A stretch of DNA of 64,000 nucleotides from Moniliella sp. 'wahieum'. Taxonomy: Eukaryota. The notes beneath the pieces were generated by a model, which saw only the letters and a program-made list of their open reading frames with translations, made no database searches and was not told where the DNA came from. Within the stretch, counting starts at the first letter, position 1. Each line of letters starts with the position of its first letter. Made by a program: the position numbers and the translations under genes. The stretch is taken from the NCBI GenBank assembly GCA_003971905.1, contig RSEE01000050.1, forward strand, positions 1 through 64,000, in the 5' to 3' direction. Below, piece by piece: positions 50,175 through 61,941 of this stretch.

Positions 50175-51747
50175 TTAAGTGGAAGTTGAAGCGGCCGTGC
50201 GAGAGGGACGTACGACGTGGCTAGTGTTACGTTCAAAGACGAGGCGGCCTTGTTGGAAGATGAGGTCAAACGAGTGCTGTGCGCCTTGTACCAGTGGGTC
50301 CACCGTCTCCAACGGGTTGCCCGCCTCGGCCGCCAAGACAATCACGTCGGCCCACGCGCCTGGCTGGAGGGTGCCCAGCTCGCCGGCTTGGCCCAGCACC
50401 TCGGCCGCGTTGCATGTCGCTTGTTGCACCACCGCCCACGCGGGCAAGACCGTTGCCCGAATAGCGAATTCTTCCGATTGCATCCTGCCCGTCCAGCCAG
50501 GGCGTAAGCCCAGAGAGCGTTAGTGATCGTTCTCCCATGGCCAGGAGAGCGCGGGCACGGCGCATGCTACAAGACAGAAAGCGGTGGGGGATACGCACGG
50601 TTGAAAGTCCGACAAGAGGTCTGTGCCAAACGCGATGGTCACCCCGGCCTCGTGAGCACGACGAAGACAGTCGAGGCCAGCCGTGATGACCTGCTGGTTC
50701 TTGCGCCGAAAGTCGGGGCTGAGCCGGTCGGGGTGGCGAGCAAAGGCATAGTACGTAACCAGGGTGGGGGTGAGGGAGATGTTGTGTTTGGCCATGTAAC
50801 GCAGCGTCAGGTCATCCACCAAGTTGCCATGCTCGATCCCACGCACGCCATTCTTGATGGCGTGCATGACGGATTCGGACGTGTAGGCGTGCGCGGTAGC
50901 GTAGCTGCCGTACCGGCGCGCAGTGCCGGTGATGGCCTGCAATTCGTCATTGGTGAACATGACGGCACCAATCGGGTCGGTGGGCGAGGCGACACCGCCG
51001 CCTGCGCGCAGCGCACAACCAAGAGCAAGAGGAGGTGGTTAGTGGGAGGTGGTCCGAGGCGCCGAGCCAGCCGCTTGGGAGGGTGAGAGGCGCGGCAACA
51101 AGCAAGCGCTTCGGTTCGACGTACCAGTGCCACAGATCTTGATGAAGTGGGCGCCGCGCCGGAGCTCGTCGCGTGTGGCGGCGAGGCAGGCGGGCACGCC
51201 ATCGGCGACGCGGGCCAGGGTGGGGTTATCGTGCACGGCACAGGAGCCGGCGACGAGATGGTCCTCGGTGCGCAGGCGAAAGTCGCCATGGCCCCCCGTC
51301 TGGGAGATGGCCTTGCCCGAGACAAAGATCCGCGGGCCCTCTACCAGGCCGTCCTGCTGTGCATCGGCAAAGGAGCGCGGACAGCCGGCACAGTCGCGGA
51401 CGGTGGTGAAGCCGCGATGTAGCATCTCCTTGGCGGCCCAGCTGGCCCGGAGCGTGCGCCACGGCGTGTCGGCAGAAGCGTCGTCGTGCAGGCTCACATT
51501 GCCGTAGGCCGAGAAGAGGTGGACGTGGGTGTCGATCAGGCCCGGCAGCACGTACCGGCCGCCGACGTTGTACACGACCGCATCGGCCCAGCGCGCCTCG
51601 GACGCCGGCCCGACCGAGACGATCTTGCCCGCGTCGAGGCGCAGCTCGTAGGCGCGGTACACGCGGCAGTGCACCCACATCCACCACCGACGCATTGGTA
51701 ATGATGACCTTGGGCGGGATGGGCCGCTGCCAGGGCCGGGAGCTCAT
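50175..51747 (-). CDS. Metal-dependent amidohydrolase (Amidohydro_1; Xaa-Pro dipeptidase/ochratoxinase-like subgroup)
   Basis: GGRYVLPGLIDTHVHL; RGFTTVRDCAG; ISQTGGHGD; GAHFIKIC; TAHAY; IEHGNL; IAFGTD; GTLQPGAWADVIVL. Introns about 51124-51003 and about 50598-50495. Confidence 0.9.
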
Positions 51748-52386
51748 CAGGTCCAGAGGAGCGCACCGAGTGATGGTGGCGAGCGCGACCCTCGCCGCGG
51801 CCTCCGAGAGCAAGAAGACGGCCTGCACCCTGGGCCGAGGACAAACCACTAAGTACTAACCACATGCAAAATAGGGCCAGCGCAGCGGCCGACGAGGCCG
51901 CACACTCGTCTGCCGCTGCATCCGGCCTGGTTCTGATCGAGATGGGCGTCGGCGGGCAAAAGAATGGATGATGGGCATCACCAATCATGCAACTACCTGC
52001 AACTACCACGCCACGCCACTCGCAGGCTACCAGCAGGATCAAAGTAGGAGGGCTCGCTAGCAAGTGCTATTAGGAGGGCTAGTATAGTGCATGCAACGGC
52101 GGCGATGTGCCGATCCGCATCCAGGCTGCTCCCTGTCTATCCTGTCCCTCCAACGCCTTGGTGAGGCGCAAAGGGGAGGGGGCAAGGGGAAGAGGACGAT
52201 GGCAGATGGAGTATACATGAAGGAGAAGGGAGGAGGAAGAAGCGAGGAGAAAGGAAACACCCTCCATCCCGCGCCTCCAGACAGGCCCACAACCCCAACC
52301 GACTCGAACCCAACCTACCGTTTTCGTGCCCCCCCCGACCAGGCACAAGCCCAACCCAGTCCAACCCAGCCGAGCGGGAGGAGGAT

Positions 52387-54666
52387 CTAGCACGTGTGGC
52401 GTTCGCCCGAGCGGCCGCGGACCAAGTCCGACACGGCCGTGGCGACGGACACAGCGAGGACGACGACGCCAAAGAGGGCGGTGGCGACGGCGGTCAACTT
52501 GGTGTGGGTCCAGGTTGGCCGTGGGCGGGCGAGCGGGCGAGGCAGCACACGTTCCCCGCCCGATCCGATGCCCACCGCAGCAGCAGCCCGGCGCTCTTGT
52601 TGGACCGGCAGCGGCAGCGACTCGGCCTCGGCAGTGGCTCAGGCCCGAACCAGGCACCGAATCGCCGGCGCTAAGGGAGCAGGGTCGACGTCCGGTACGT
52701 GGTACGCCGCGCCCGGTTTGAGCGGCAACTCGATTTCGTTCGGGTCGACTTGGGATGCGTCGTCGGGTGCGGGAGGGTGCCTGTGCTGGGCCCAGGCTGC
52801 GTTCGACGTGTTCGAGCGAATTGGAGCGTCGGCGGGGATCGTCGCTGGCCATGGGGTGGTACCCGTTCCTCGATCCAGACGGGCCGGGGTAGAGCGGCAA
52901 GTGTTCGTCGTTGTCGTCGTCGTTGTCGTCGTCGCCGTCGGCGTGCGCGGCGAGGAAGGGCGTGGTGGGCGGGTACGGGTACGGGTACGGGACGAAGCGT
53001 CGTGGCTCAACTTGAGGAAACAGGCCGAGGGGAAAATGTAGGCGAGTGCGGTGGCCGACAGGCCGCCGGTGAGTTCGAGCACAATGCCCAAGTCGCAGGT
53101 GAGGAGGGAAATGATGAGGCTGCTAACGACGAGGGCCGAGGTGAGGATGTAGTGTCGTTTTCGATCGTACGTTTCCTCCCCGCCCTGGTCCGCGGATGCG
53201 GCCAGGGCCGCCGTCTCGTCTGGCCAAAAGTACGTTTCGAGGACTTCGCGACAGACAAAACATTCGAGCGGGAAGGTGGTGAACATGTTGACGCCAAATA
53301 GGAAGCGCGCCACATTCACCAACGTATCGTCAGCAGGAAAGTTGTTGAGTACGTTGGCCAGCGTTTTTTCTTCAAACGACCAGTACCCAGCCACCGACAT
53401 GGTCGTAGCTGCCACGCCGGCAATCAAGGTGGAGTAATGGGTTACCTTGCCAAACTTGTCCATCGAAGGTTCCTTCAAGCTGCCATAGATGAGCAACGAG
53501 TTGTGATGGCACACAAACGCAAAACTAATCACCGCAATGGAGCGGATCAGTTTGGTGGGGTACACCACTGTAAAACGCAACGAAGGATCGCCCTTGAGTT
53601 CGGCCGGCATCATCGGGCCCCGAATCACAACCGACGCAATGATCACTACCATGGACACGAGCGCAATCGCCGAGGCCTTGGAAAGCGACTCGATGTTGCG
53701 ATAGAGCGAAAGGGGGAAGGAGATGACCAACGTGCAAAACGAAATCACAAAGCCCCGATTCGCCCACCATGCGCCGTCGGCGGCCGAACGCGAAATGGCT
53801 CCCAACACGGCCGGGATCGTGTCGCCAATCACGACGCAAAACGCGCACATGCCCCCAAACGCAAACGCAAACTGGAACAGCGACACGGCCGCCGAGCCAC
53901 GGGGACCAAAGCAATGCTGCATAATCTCAATGTACGTTCGTCGACCCGACAGTTTGGCGTTCAACACAATCAACCGGATCGTCCAGTCGGTCAAAAAGCT
54001 CAGCCCCACCAGCAGCACCACCCCAGCCACAAACCCCGACTCGCGCATGCTGTACGGCAAGCCTACAATCCCAGCCCCCAAAATCGAGTTGGCCATGTTG
54101 ACGGTGCCGTCAAATGTGCCGGCACCACGGCGGAGCCAGTCGGGAACGGGCATCTGCTCCTGCACGCGGGCGAGGCCCTCGTTGAGCAGCAGAGGAATAT
54201 CAATGGCCGACGTGGTGCTGTTACGTGTGGCGGCAGCGCCGCGATGGCCGGGCACGCGGGATCGTTCGGGCGTGCCCCGCACAGGGTCCTGCTCCAAGCT
54301 TGCCTCGTCGCGCGCTTCGGTGGGCACTGGCGGGGAAGGAGTCAGGGCGCGCACATCGTCCGGGTCCAGATCGTCGGGGTCGGCGTCAAAGTGAGCCTCG
54401 CGGCTGGAGAGGGTGGACTTGAGGCCGAGGCCAAAACGAGAGGAAGGGACGGACGCAGGCAGCGCATCCTGCCTGTCGGACGAGGCAGACGGCGGGAGCG
54501 TCCAGGCGTCCTCCGAGCCAAGCGGCGGCGCGGGCAGGCCTGGAGGCTGGGTCTGCGGCGGGGCGGGGGAGCGCGGAGGCTGGGTCTGTGGCGCGTCGGG
54601 CTCGTCGTCGAGACTAAAGAGCACAGTGGCCGTGGGCGGGGGGGCGGCAGACGCAGACACGGACAT
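52387..54666 (-). CDS. Amino acid transporter (Aa_trans; AVT2/SLC38A11-like vacuolar type)
   Basis: VNMANSILGAGIVGLPYSMRESG; FAFGGMCAFCVVIGDTIP; ISFAFVCHHNSLLIYGSL; FPLECFVCRE; LELTGGLSATALAYIFPSACFL. The final TM segment lies in a shifted frame (52387-52575). Confidence 0.92.
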
Positions 54667-54750
54667 GCTCGACACACCGCGGGCAGCGAGAGCGAGAGCG
54701 ACAGAGGGGCAGGGGGCGTCCGCGGCCGGAGACGAGCGGGCGGCGGGCAG

Positions 54751-54785
<35 letters not shown>

Positions 54786-54988
54786 CGGCGGAGGCGGAGG
54801 CCGAGGTGTGGGCGCCGGAAGCGAACGCGTGGTGGAGTTCTCGTCGTAGGCGCCGCCTTGCTTGCCACGCGGGCAGCTGCTGAGCTAAGCTACGCTGCCT
54901 TATTCCCGCTGCTATTATGTGGGTGAGCAACCAAGCCGGTGCGTCTACATGACGATGGATGGGATCGAAGCAACATTCCCCGCCACGC

Positions 54989-56103
54989 TCAGAACAGCCG
55001 CGGCGGCGGCGCGTCCAGCCCGCCCGGCGTGTGCACCAGCAGCGTGTGCAGGTGCGCGGCAAACCCCGTCAGGTGCGCCGGCGCCACCTGCGGCCCGCGC
55101 GCCGACGCGACGGCGAGAGCCAGCACGAGCAGCGTCGGCGCCATCCGCTGCTCCACATGCAGCTCGACCCATTCCGCCAGCGCCGCACGTAGGCGTGCAT
55201 CCCGACTGCCCATCAGCAGCAGGTCCAGCCCCCTCTCCTTGGCCGCCGCGCGCACGTCGCCCTTGCGCCTGGGAAGCGAGGTCAAGTGCAGCACCAGGTC
55301 GTCCCGCTGCAGCGTCGAGACGTGCCGGCGCACCAGGAAGCGCAGGTATCCGTCCAAACTCAGTCCCAGCGACGCCGCTGTATCTGCCGCCGAGGTAAGG
55401 GAGAGGCTGCCGGTAGAGGCGAGGGAGAGAAACTGAGCGAGGGCGAGGAGAGCAGTGCGCGGGAGGGAGAGCAGGACGCGTTCCTCGGTAAAGGCCTGCG
55501 CAGCGGTGAGGACAGTAGGGCCATCGACTTGGCTTGGCCGGGCACGGACTGCGGCTAGAGCAGCCAGCGCAGCGCCCCTGCCCGCAGTGGGGGGCAGGGC
55601 ATGGCGCGATAATACATGCGTAATCGTCTCGGCCGCGTGCGCGCGTACTTGCAGTGCCCGTACCGCCCGCAGCGACGCGGCCTCTTGGCCCTCCCACGGC
55701 AGAATACGTGGTAAGAAGCGTGTGGTCATCAAACGGAGGAAACGCAAGAATCGGGTAAAGAACAGTGGTGAAAAGCGGACAAAATACGCATGCATCTCGC
55801 GCTGCACCGTTGAGGCGGGCAGCTCTGTGGGCTGAGGCACCAGAGGAGGGAGCGAGGTAGATGCTGGCGAGGGCATGGGCTCAGCACGGAAGGAAGCCGA
55901 GGCGATCGGGGGATGAGGCTGCTCCAGCAGATCGTCAGCTGGCTCGGGAGGGGGCGGGGGGTGGGCTGGGTATGGGTATGGGTATGGAGGCGGAGATGGA
56001 AACAGGCTGGTGGGGGGCCCAAGGCGTCTCGGGGCGGGGGCGGGGGCCGTGGGGAGGGGGAGAGAGGGTTGTGTCTCTTGATGGCGGTGGAGGCAAAGGA
56101 CAT
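54989..56103 (-). CDS. LETM1-like (ribosome-binding domain) protein, probably mitochondrial
   Basis: LLSLPRTALLALAQFLSL..YLRFLVRRHVSTLQRDDLVL..DVRAAAKERGL..LRAALAEWVELH..PTLLVL matches the LETM1 RBD pattern. The N-terminus is frameshifted. Confidence 0.7.
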
Positions 56104-56587
56104 GCGTGGGGGGTGGGGCGGGTGGCTGGCGATGGCGATGGGGATGGCGATGGGGATGATGATGGCGAGGGCGATGATGATGCGCGGACGGGCAGGCAAG
56201 CGACGAGTGGACGGGGCGGGCGAGGGGCGCAGAGCGGGTGCGTGCGCCCAAGGACAGAGGCAGCGCAGGGCGCAGAGGCGCGTGGAAAGCGAGTGTCATG
56301 GCGGTGGGGCGAGAAGGTGGTGGTGAGGGGTCTTTCTATCAATCAACGAATCAATCAATCAATTAATCAATCGAGTGGGCTCCTAACCGATGGCCCTCGC
56401 GGACTGCGCTCTGGTGTGCGGGACTAGCACCCAGCCACACCGCCCCCCTGCCCCGCGCCCGCGCCCCGGAGATAACCGCGTTTCTGACCCTGCGTTGCAA
56501 CACCCTCTCCTACTATACACTACCAGTCTCGACTGCCCCCCCCCCCCCCGCGTGCTCGCAAGCAGTGAAAAAATGTAGAGTCGATGC

Positions 56588-58056
56588 CTACGCCGCCGGC
56601 GCCACACGCACCATCACGCGCGCCAACGCCGTGGCGCGCTTGCCAATCGGCACGCGCAGGATGTCCTGGTCCTTCGTTCGTGGCGGCACGCGCACGCGGA
56701 TCGTAATCCCGTCCTGGCCCTCCTGGCCATCCGCCACGCCCGTGCCGTCGCACGCCTCGCACTCGATCGGCGGCGTCGTCTTGGCAAAGTACCCCGTCCC
56801 GCCGCACGACGCGCAGTTGCACCGCTGCTTCTGCCCGCTCAGCCCGCGCATCGTCACGAATCCCTTGCCGCGGCACTGCCGGCACTTGGACGTCCGCACA
56901 CGCGGCAGGAACCGGCCTGTGCCCTCGCACACCCCACACTCGTCCCCCGCCGAGCCCGAGGGCGACAACGGCACCCGGTTCAGCACCACGCCCGACTTGG
57001 CCGCTTTTTGCGACACGGTGACACTCGCGTCGTACTTGACCTTGCTCCCCGCGCCGCCCGTCGCGCCATCTCGCTTGCCCCGCTTCGCGTGCTCCTTGGC
57101 GCGCCGCGCGCGCTGCTCCTCGCCGCCTTGGCCGCTACCCGCCTCGGCACCGCGCAGCGGCGAAGGCGTATACCGTGGGCGGCCCGTCTCGTCAAACTTG
57201 ACCCCAAACGCATATTCGTACGCCTTGGCTTTCTTGGACTTTTGTTGCCGGCTGCGGCGCTTGTCGTTGCGCATGTCGGGCGAAAAGGCGCCCGACTCGT
57301 TGCGTGGGTCGCGGCCGGCCTTGGTGGCGAGGCGGGAGAGGAACTCATCAAAGTCTTCTCCGCGCGTCGCATTCGTTTCCAAATCGCCCAAGTTGTCCCA
57401 GCCATAAAAGGAGGTAAACCCAGTCCGGCCGCGGGTATCTTGCGATCCGCCGAGGTCGTCCCAAGGATCCCACCCAGGCGGCAAATCATCCTCGTCGAAC
57501 AGGTCCTCCCATTCCTCGTACCCGCCAGTAAAGAGCCGTTCGCGTTGGGCCCTCCGCCCTGGGCCGCACGTTTAAAGTCTTCGTAGGTGTACGTCGTGCG
57601 GTAATCGGCGCCCCCGTAGGTGGCAAAGGGGTCGTAGTACCCTGCTGCTCGAGACGGACCCGATCGGCTCCCATAGGTTGGGCGGGAAGAAGAAGAGGAG
57701 GCAAAAGCGCTATGTTGCTGGTCATACGCTCGGCGCTTGGTATCGTCCGACAGGGTCGCATAGGCGGTTTGGATCGCGAGGAATTTGTCCGAGGCCCCCT
57801 TTGACTTGTTGACATCGGGATGGTACGTCTTGGCTAGCTTGTAGTAGGCGCCCTTGATGGCACTGGCATCGGCCAACCTGTCGACGCCCAGCGTCGCGTA
57901 ATGGTTCGCCATGGCCCGCGGGGGCGAGGTGGAGAAGGCACGGGCGCAGGGGCGCGAGATGCGGGGCGCATCGGTGGCCAGCGCGGGGCGGACGGGGGGC
58001 GTTGCGTGGGAAAGCGCCGGCCGCACGGCGCGGACGCACGCCAGACTGCCCCACAT
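56588..58056 (-). CDS. DnaJ/Hsp40 protein with J domain and four CxxCxGxG zinc-finger motifs, predicted mitochondrial presequence
   Basis: NHYATLGV..IKGAYYKLAKTYHPDVNK..KFLAIQTAYATLSDDTKRRAYDQ; CGVCEGTG, CRQCRGKG, CASCGGTG, CEACDGTG; Arg-rich N-terminus ending RAFSTS. Frameshift near 57500. Confidence 0.85.
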
Positions 58057-58263
58057 GTGGTGGAGGGCATGGGCGGGGTGGTTGTTCGGCCGGGGCCAGT
58101 CGGCGGCCAGAAGAAGTGGCGGACCGAGCCAAAAAATCAGGGCGGAATGGGCGGGGGTGGTTCCGCAGTGGCGTCTGCTGCGGTGCAATAAGAGTCCCAG
58201 GGCTACTCCTTCTCACCTCACCCACCCCACCCTCGCCCCGAGGAGAGAGGCCGACTGGACGCC

Positions 58264-59272
58264 ATGCCGCTCTCCGCCTCCGCGCCCTCGCCGCGACCAC
58301 GCCCCAGCGCACCCCGGCGCTCCCCTCGCGTCCGCCCTCGCGCCCGCCGCCCCGACGCGCCCCACCGCCGCCACGCACCCCCCCGCCACGAGGTGTATGC
58401 GGCACACGCGCTGCCCGGCGGCCACCTCGCCCTGCCACGCCACCTGGCCCCACACCTCGGCCCCAAGTGGCACGACCGCGTACGGAACAGCTCGCCCGCT
58501 CCGTACACCTACGACCATCCCAACCTAGCCGATGCCCTTGCTGCGTCCCAGCGCTCGCAGCACGCGCTGCCCCCTCCCCCCAGCCCAGCCCTTGGCACAC
58601 ACGCCGCCCCACGCGACGCCCTCGAGCGCGCCTTGCAGCGTCTTGCGCGCCACCCCCACGAGAGACCGGCAGTGCGGCTACGCGTGCGTTCCAAGAGGAG
58701 CTGCTTGCGTCGGTCCACTCCAATCGACCGCCTTTTTCCGCCCCGGCTTCTGCCCTCGAGCCCCAGCCTCAGTCCCAGCCGCAGGCTCAGCCCCAGGCTC
58801 CGCCCGTTCCCACCCCGGTGGACTTTGCTCCCTACTATTCCCTGCGGCCCCTCATCTCCACCCGGGCGCCTGTCCCGCAAAAGCTCACGCGGGGCTTCCT
58901 CGCGCTCGTGTTTGATGCGCAGCCGGAGCTAGAACGGGTCTTTAGCGACGCGGCGCGCGTGACGGACGAGCGAGCGGAGTGGCAGGCGTCCTGGGTGCCT
59001 ACCTCGTACTGGCTGCAGCAGCAGCAGTACCACATTTCGCTCCGCTCCTCAAGCCCTTCCCGCTGTACAAGCCCGAGGCGGCGGAGCTTCCGGCTGTGGT
59101 GGCTCAGCTGGCGGCAAGCTGGTCGGCGCCTGAGATTCAGCTGGCCGGGTTTGGTACGTTTTTGAGCGCGTGGCAAACGAATGCGTACCTGGCTGCCCAA
59201 GTTGCCGAGCAGGCGCAACAGGAACTGATGGTGCTGTCCAGCCAAGTCCAGGCCAGCTTGGCGTCATGCTGA
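58264..59272 (+). CDS. Hypothetical protein, divergent from the DnaJ gene
   Basis: Chain of GC-rich ORFs (58264-58932, 58002-59165, 58979-59272) with protein-like segments (DFAPYYSLRPLI..GFLALVFDAQPELERVF; PHFAPLLKPFPLY). No family recognised. Confidence 0.5.
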
Positions 59273-61941
59273 CGTTCCCTACCGAGCTGTACCAACTCAA
59301 CAACCGTTTCCACATTAGCTTTCTTTCTGCGCGGGTCGAGCCCGAGGCGCAGTCACCGCGCGCACTTGCCCACCCTGGCACGCCCTTTGACCGAGCCCAC
59401 ACCGGCACGCCCAAGCCCAATGCCCAACTGCTCTGCGCACGCCCCGGTCAAGCGGCTGCGCCAGAGGGCGAGAGACAAGGTACCGCGCCCGCCCCCGCCC
59501 GGCGGTCCGACAGGACCAAGTCGCTTCCGTGGCGCAGGCGGCCGAGGCAGCGCAGGGACATGCACTGCGTTCGCTCGACCCAATCCACCCTTCTGCCCTC
59601 GCTCTCTTTATCGGCCCCAAGGTGATCTCGTTCCCGCTGCGCAAGCCAAACTGACCCGGGCAACGCGAACCCCCTTCACCCCATCATGGCGAGTCACTCG
59701 TTTGGTGGATTGGGAAAAACATACATGGTTCCTGTGGCGGTGCGGTGCACGCATCCCGCCTGGAGTGCCCTTGGCATCTTGAGACACGGGACTTTGCGAC
59801 CTGAGGCGTGAGGAGATGTGACAAGTGAGAGGTGAGGTGTGACTTGTGACGCCTGTCCGGTCTGGCCTCGAGCTTCAAGAAGCGTCCTAACTCAGATTGC
59901 TACGCTTAAGGCCTGGCCTATCCCACGTGTGCTCTAGTCTGCTGTTGCCAACGGGAGCCAAAGCGGGCGTAAGAAAACTGCCCAGGCGGTGAGGAATTGG
60001 ATTGCAGAGTTCGCCCCGCCCCTCGAGCCATGCATGGGATTGTTTGGTCGGGGAGGCCTAGAGGCACTGCCGATGCTATGAGAGCCAAGGCGGCTGGTAA
60101 GGGGGGACGAGGATACGAGTAGAACGAAGAGGGTGGTGGTGGTGACCCGGTGACTGTGAACTGAGCGCCTCAGCCAGGACAAGCCAAGCGAGCCCTGAAC
60201 GGAGAGGGCAAACGGGGACTGCGCGCGCTGGGCCGGGGCTAACGTGGCGCCGAGTGGCGCTGTGCGACCGGCCCAGGACGCCAACTCCAAAGTCTAAAGG
60301 CCCAAGCCTTAGCTCGTAAAGCTTAAGCCAGCTAACCAGAACATCACACATCGCCTCCACGTCCCACGCGCCACGACCGGATCGATCATGCAGATCATGC
60401 ACTTCTTGCGTATGGACGACGATCGAGAAGCCCTGCCCACCGGACCCCAACACCAAGATGGGACGATTGTGAGTTGAAGCTAGCCTCAGGCCTGAACCTC
60501 AGGCCTCAACCTTGCAGCTCTCTCCGATTCAGATTCCCAGCCTCCAGATCTCAGCCCCCCAAACGCTTCCAGCGCGAAGCTTGCACTCGCGACCAACAGG
60601 TTTGTGAGGTGGCGCGTGTCCCGCGGGGCAGTGTTGTTTTCCAATACAACAGGACAGGGCATAGATCTCTTGCACTGAGGGGCGGATATTGTGGAACAAT
60701 GGGGCCGAGCTGGTACGCTGGCGCCCTGCGAGCGTGCGAGGCAGTTGGGTCCAAGAGAAAATGCTGTGAGTACGGAGCATGCAACGAGGAGGCCCGTGCG
60801 GCGGGCTGTGCTCTCGGTGGTGCCCGAGGAGAGAGTAAGCCTCCTGTCGGCACAACAGCATTATTGTGTGGACCTACATACCGCCCACCGATAATCGATA
60901 ATCGATAAATCGGGAATCGACAACGCGATAACGGTAACTGGTAACCGGTAACCCCACTGGGGGGAACTGCGCCGAGGGCAGACGGCTGCGCACCGAGAGG
61001 AAAAGCAGACGATTAACCTGTGCTGTGACATCGCCAGGAAGAAGCCCTGCTGTAGCAGTCGTCCACCACGTATACGTTGGTGCGCCCCCTCGAAAGCTTA
61101 ACCGTTGGTGCCTGCCTGCTCCAGCCGACGGCGGAGATCGAGGGCGCGCTATTGCCTGCTACGCCGAGCAGTCATCGGAAGTGCTACAGAAGGGCACAAG
61201 GGCTCATCCAAACGTGCCCAAGAGCAGTGCTGTGTGAGATGGTCCAAGCGTCATCTTCGTCAAGTACGTTACATGTTACACGTTGCTCATCCATACATCA
61301 CTACAGTCACCATAGTCACTGCAGTATAACGTTCAGCTGAACATTGTGGCCTCCTTTTGTGTTAGCGCTCAGTTCCAGAAGACGCCGACAGACTGGCCTG
61401 GACGCATGGAGCGAGTGGCGGGCATTGGGCACTGGGGCGAAATAGCTTCGACGCAGAAGGGCACTGCCCCGGCTGCCGAAGTGGAGCTGGTGGCGATTGA
61501 CTGAATATTGAATGGCTGAGCGCGCCGAGTACTCCGACTGAGCACAGGATATCATACACTTGACTCTAGAGTCCCCCTGCAGACCCCATGGAGGGGGGCA
61601 CTCCGGTACAGGCCAGAACGAACGTGTTTGTCCAGGAAGCCTGCGAGGAGCTAGGTTCTGACCGGACAAGCGTGGTGGCGGGGTCCAGTAGGCTGCAGGG
61701 TGTGGCTCTCCTTCTCGCCCCTGTTGTTCGCCGGCGAGGGCATCGCGTCGATGTGGCGCACGGCCACTCTAGATCGCTGCCCCTCCTCGGGAGCGCCACA
61801 GCGATCCGGTTGTGGTCTGTGCGTCCAGCTTGAAGCTTGAAGCTTCAAGCCTCCGTTCGTACTTAAAAGGGCGTGGGGGAAACGAGAGGTGGCGCCAGTG
61901 TCGACACCCCCCGTACCACCTCCTCTCCACTCTTGATCATC

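Noticed and set aside
52639..55062. 807-aa ORF suggesting a LETM1-transporter fusion or long N-terminal extension
   Set aside because: The LETM1-like frame has its own stop at 54989 and the transporter has a plausible ATG at 54666. An open frame across a GC-rich gap is expected by chance.
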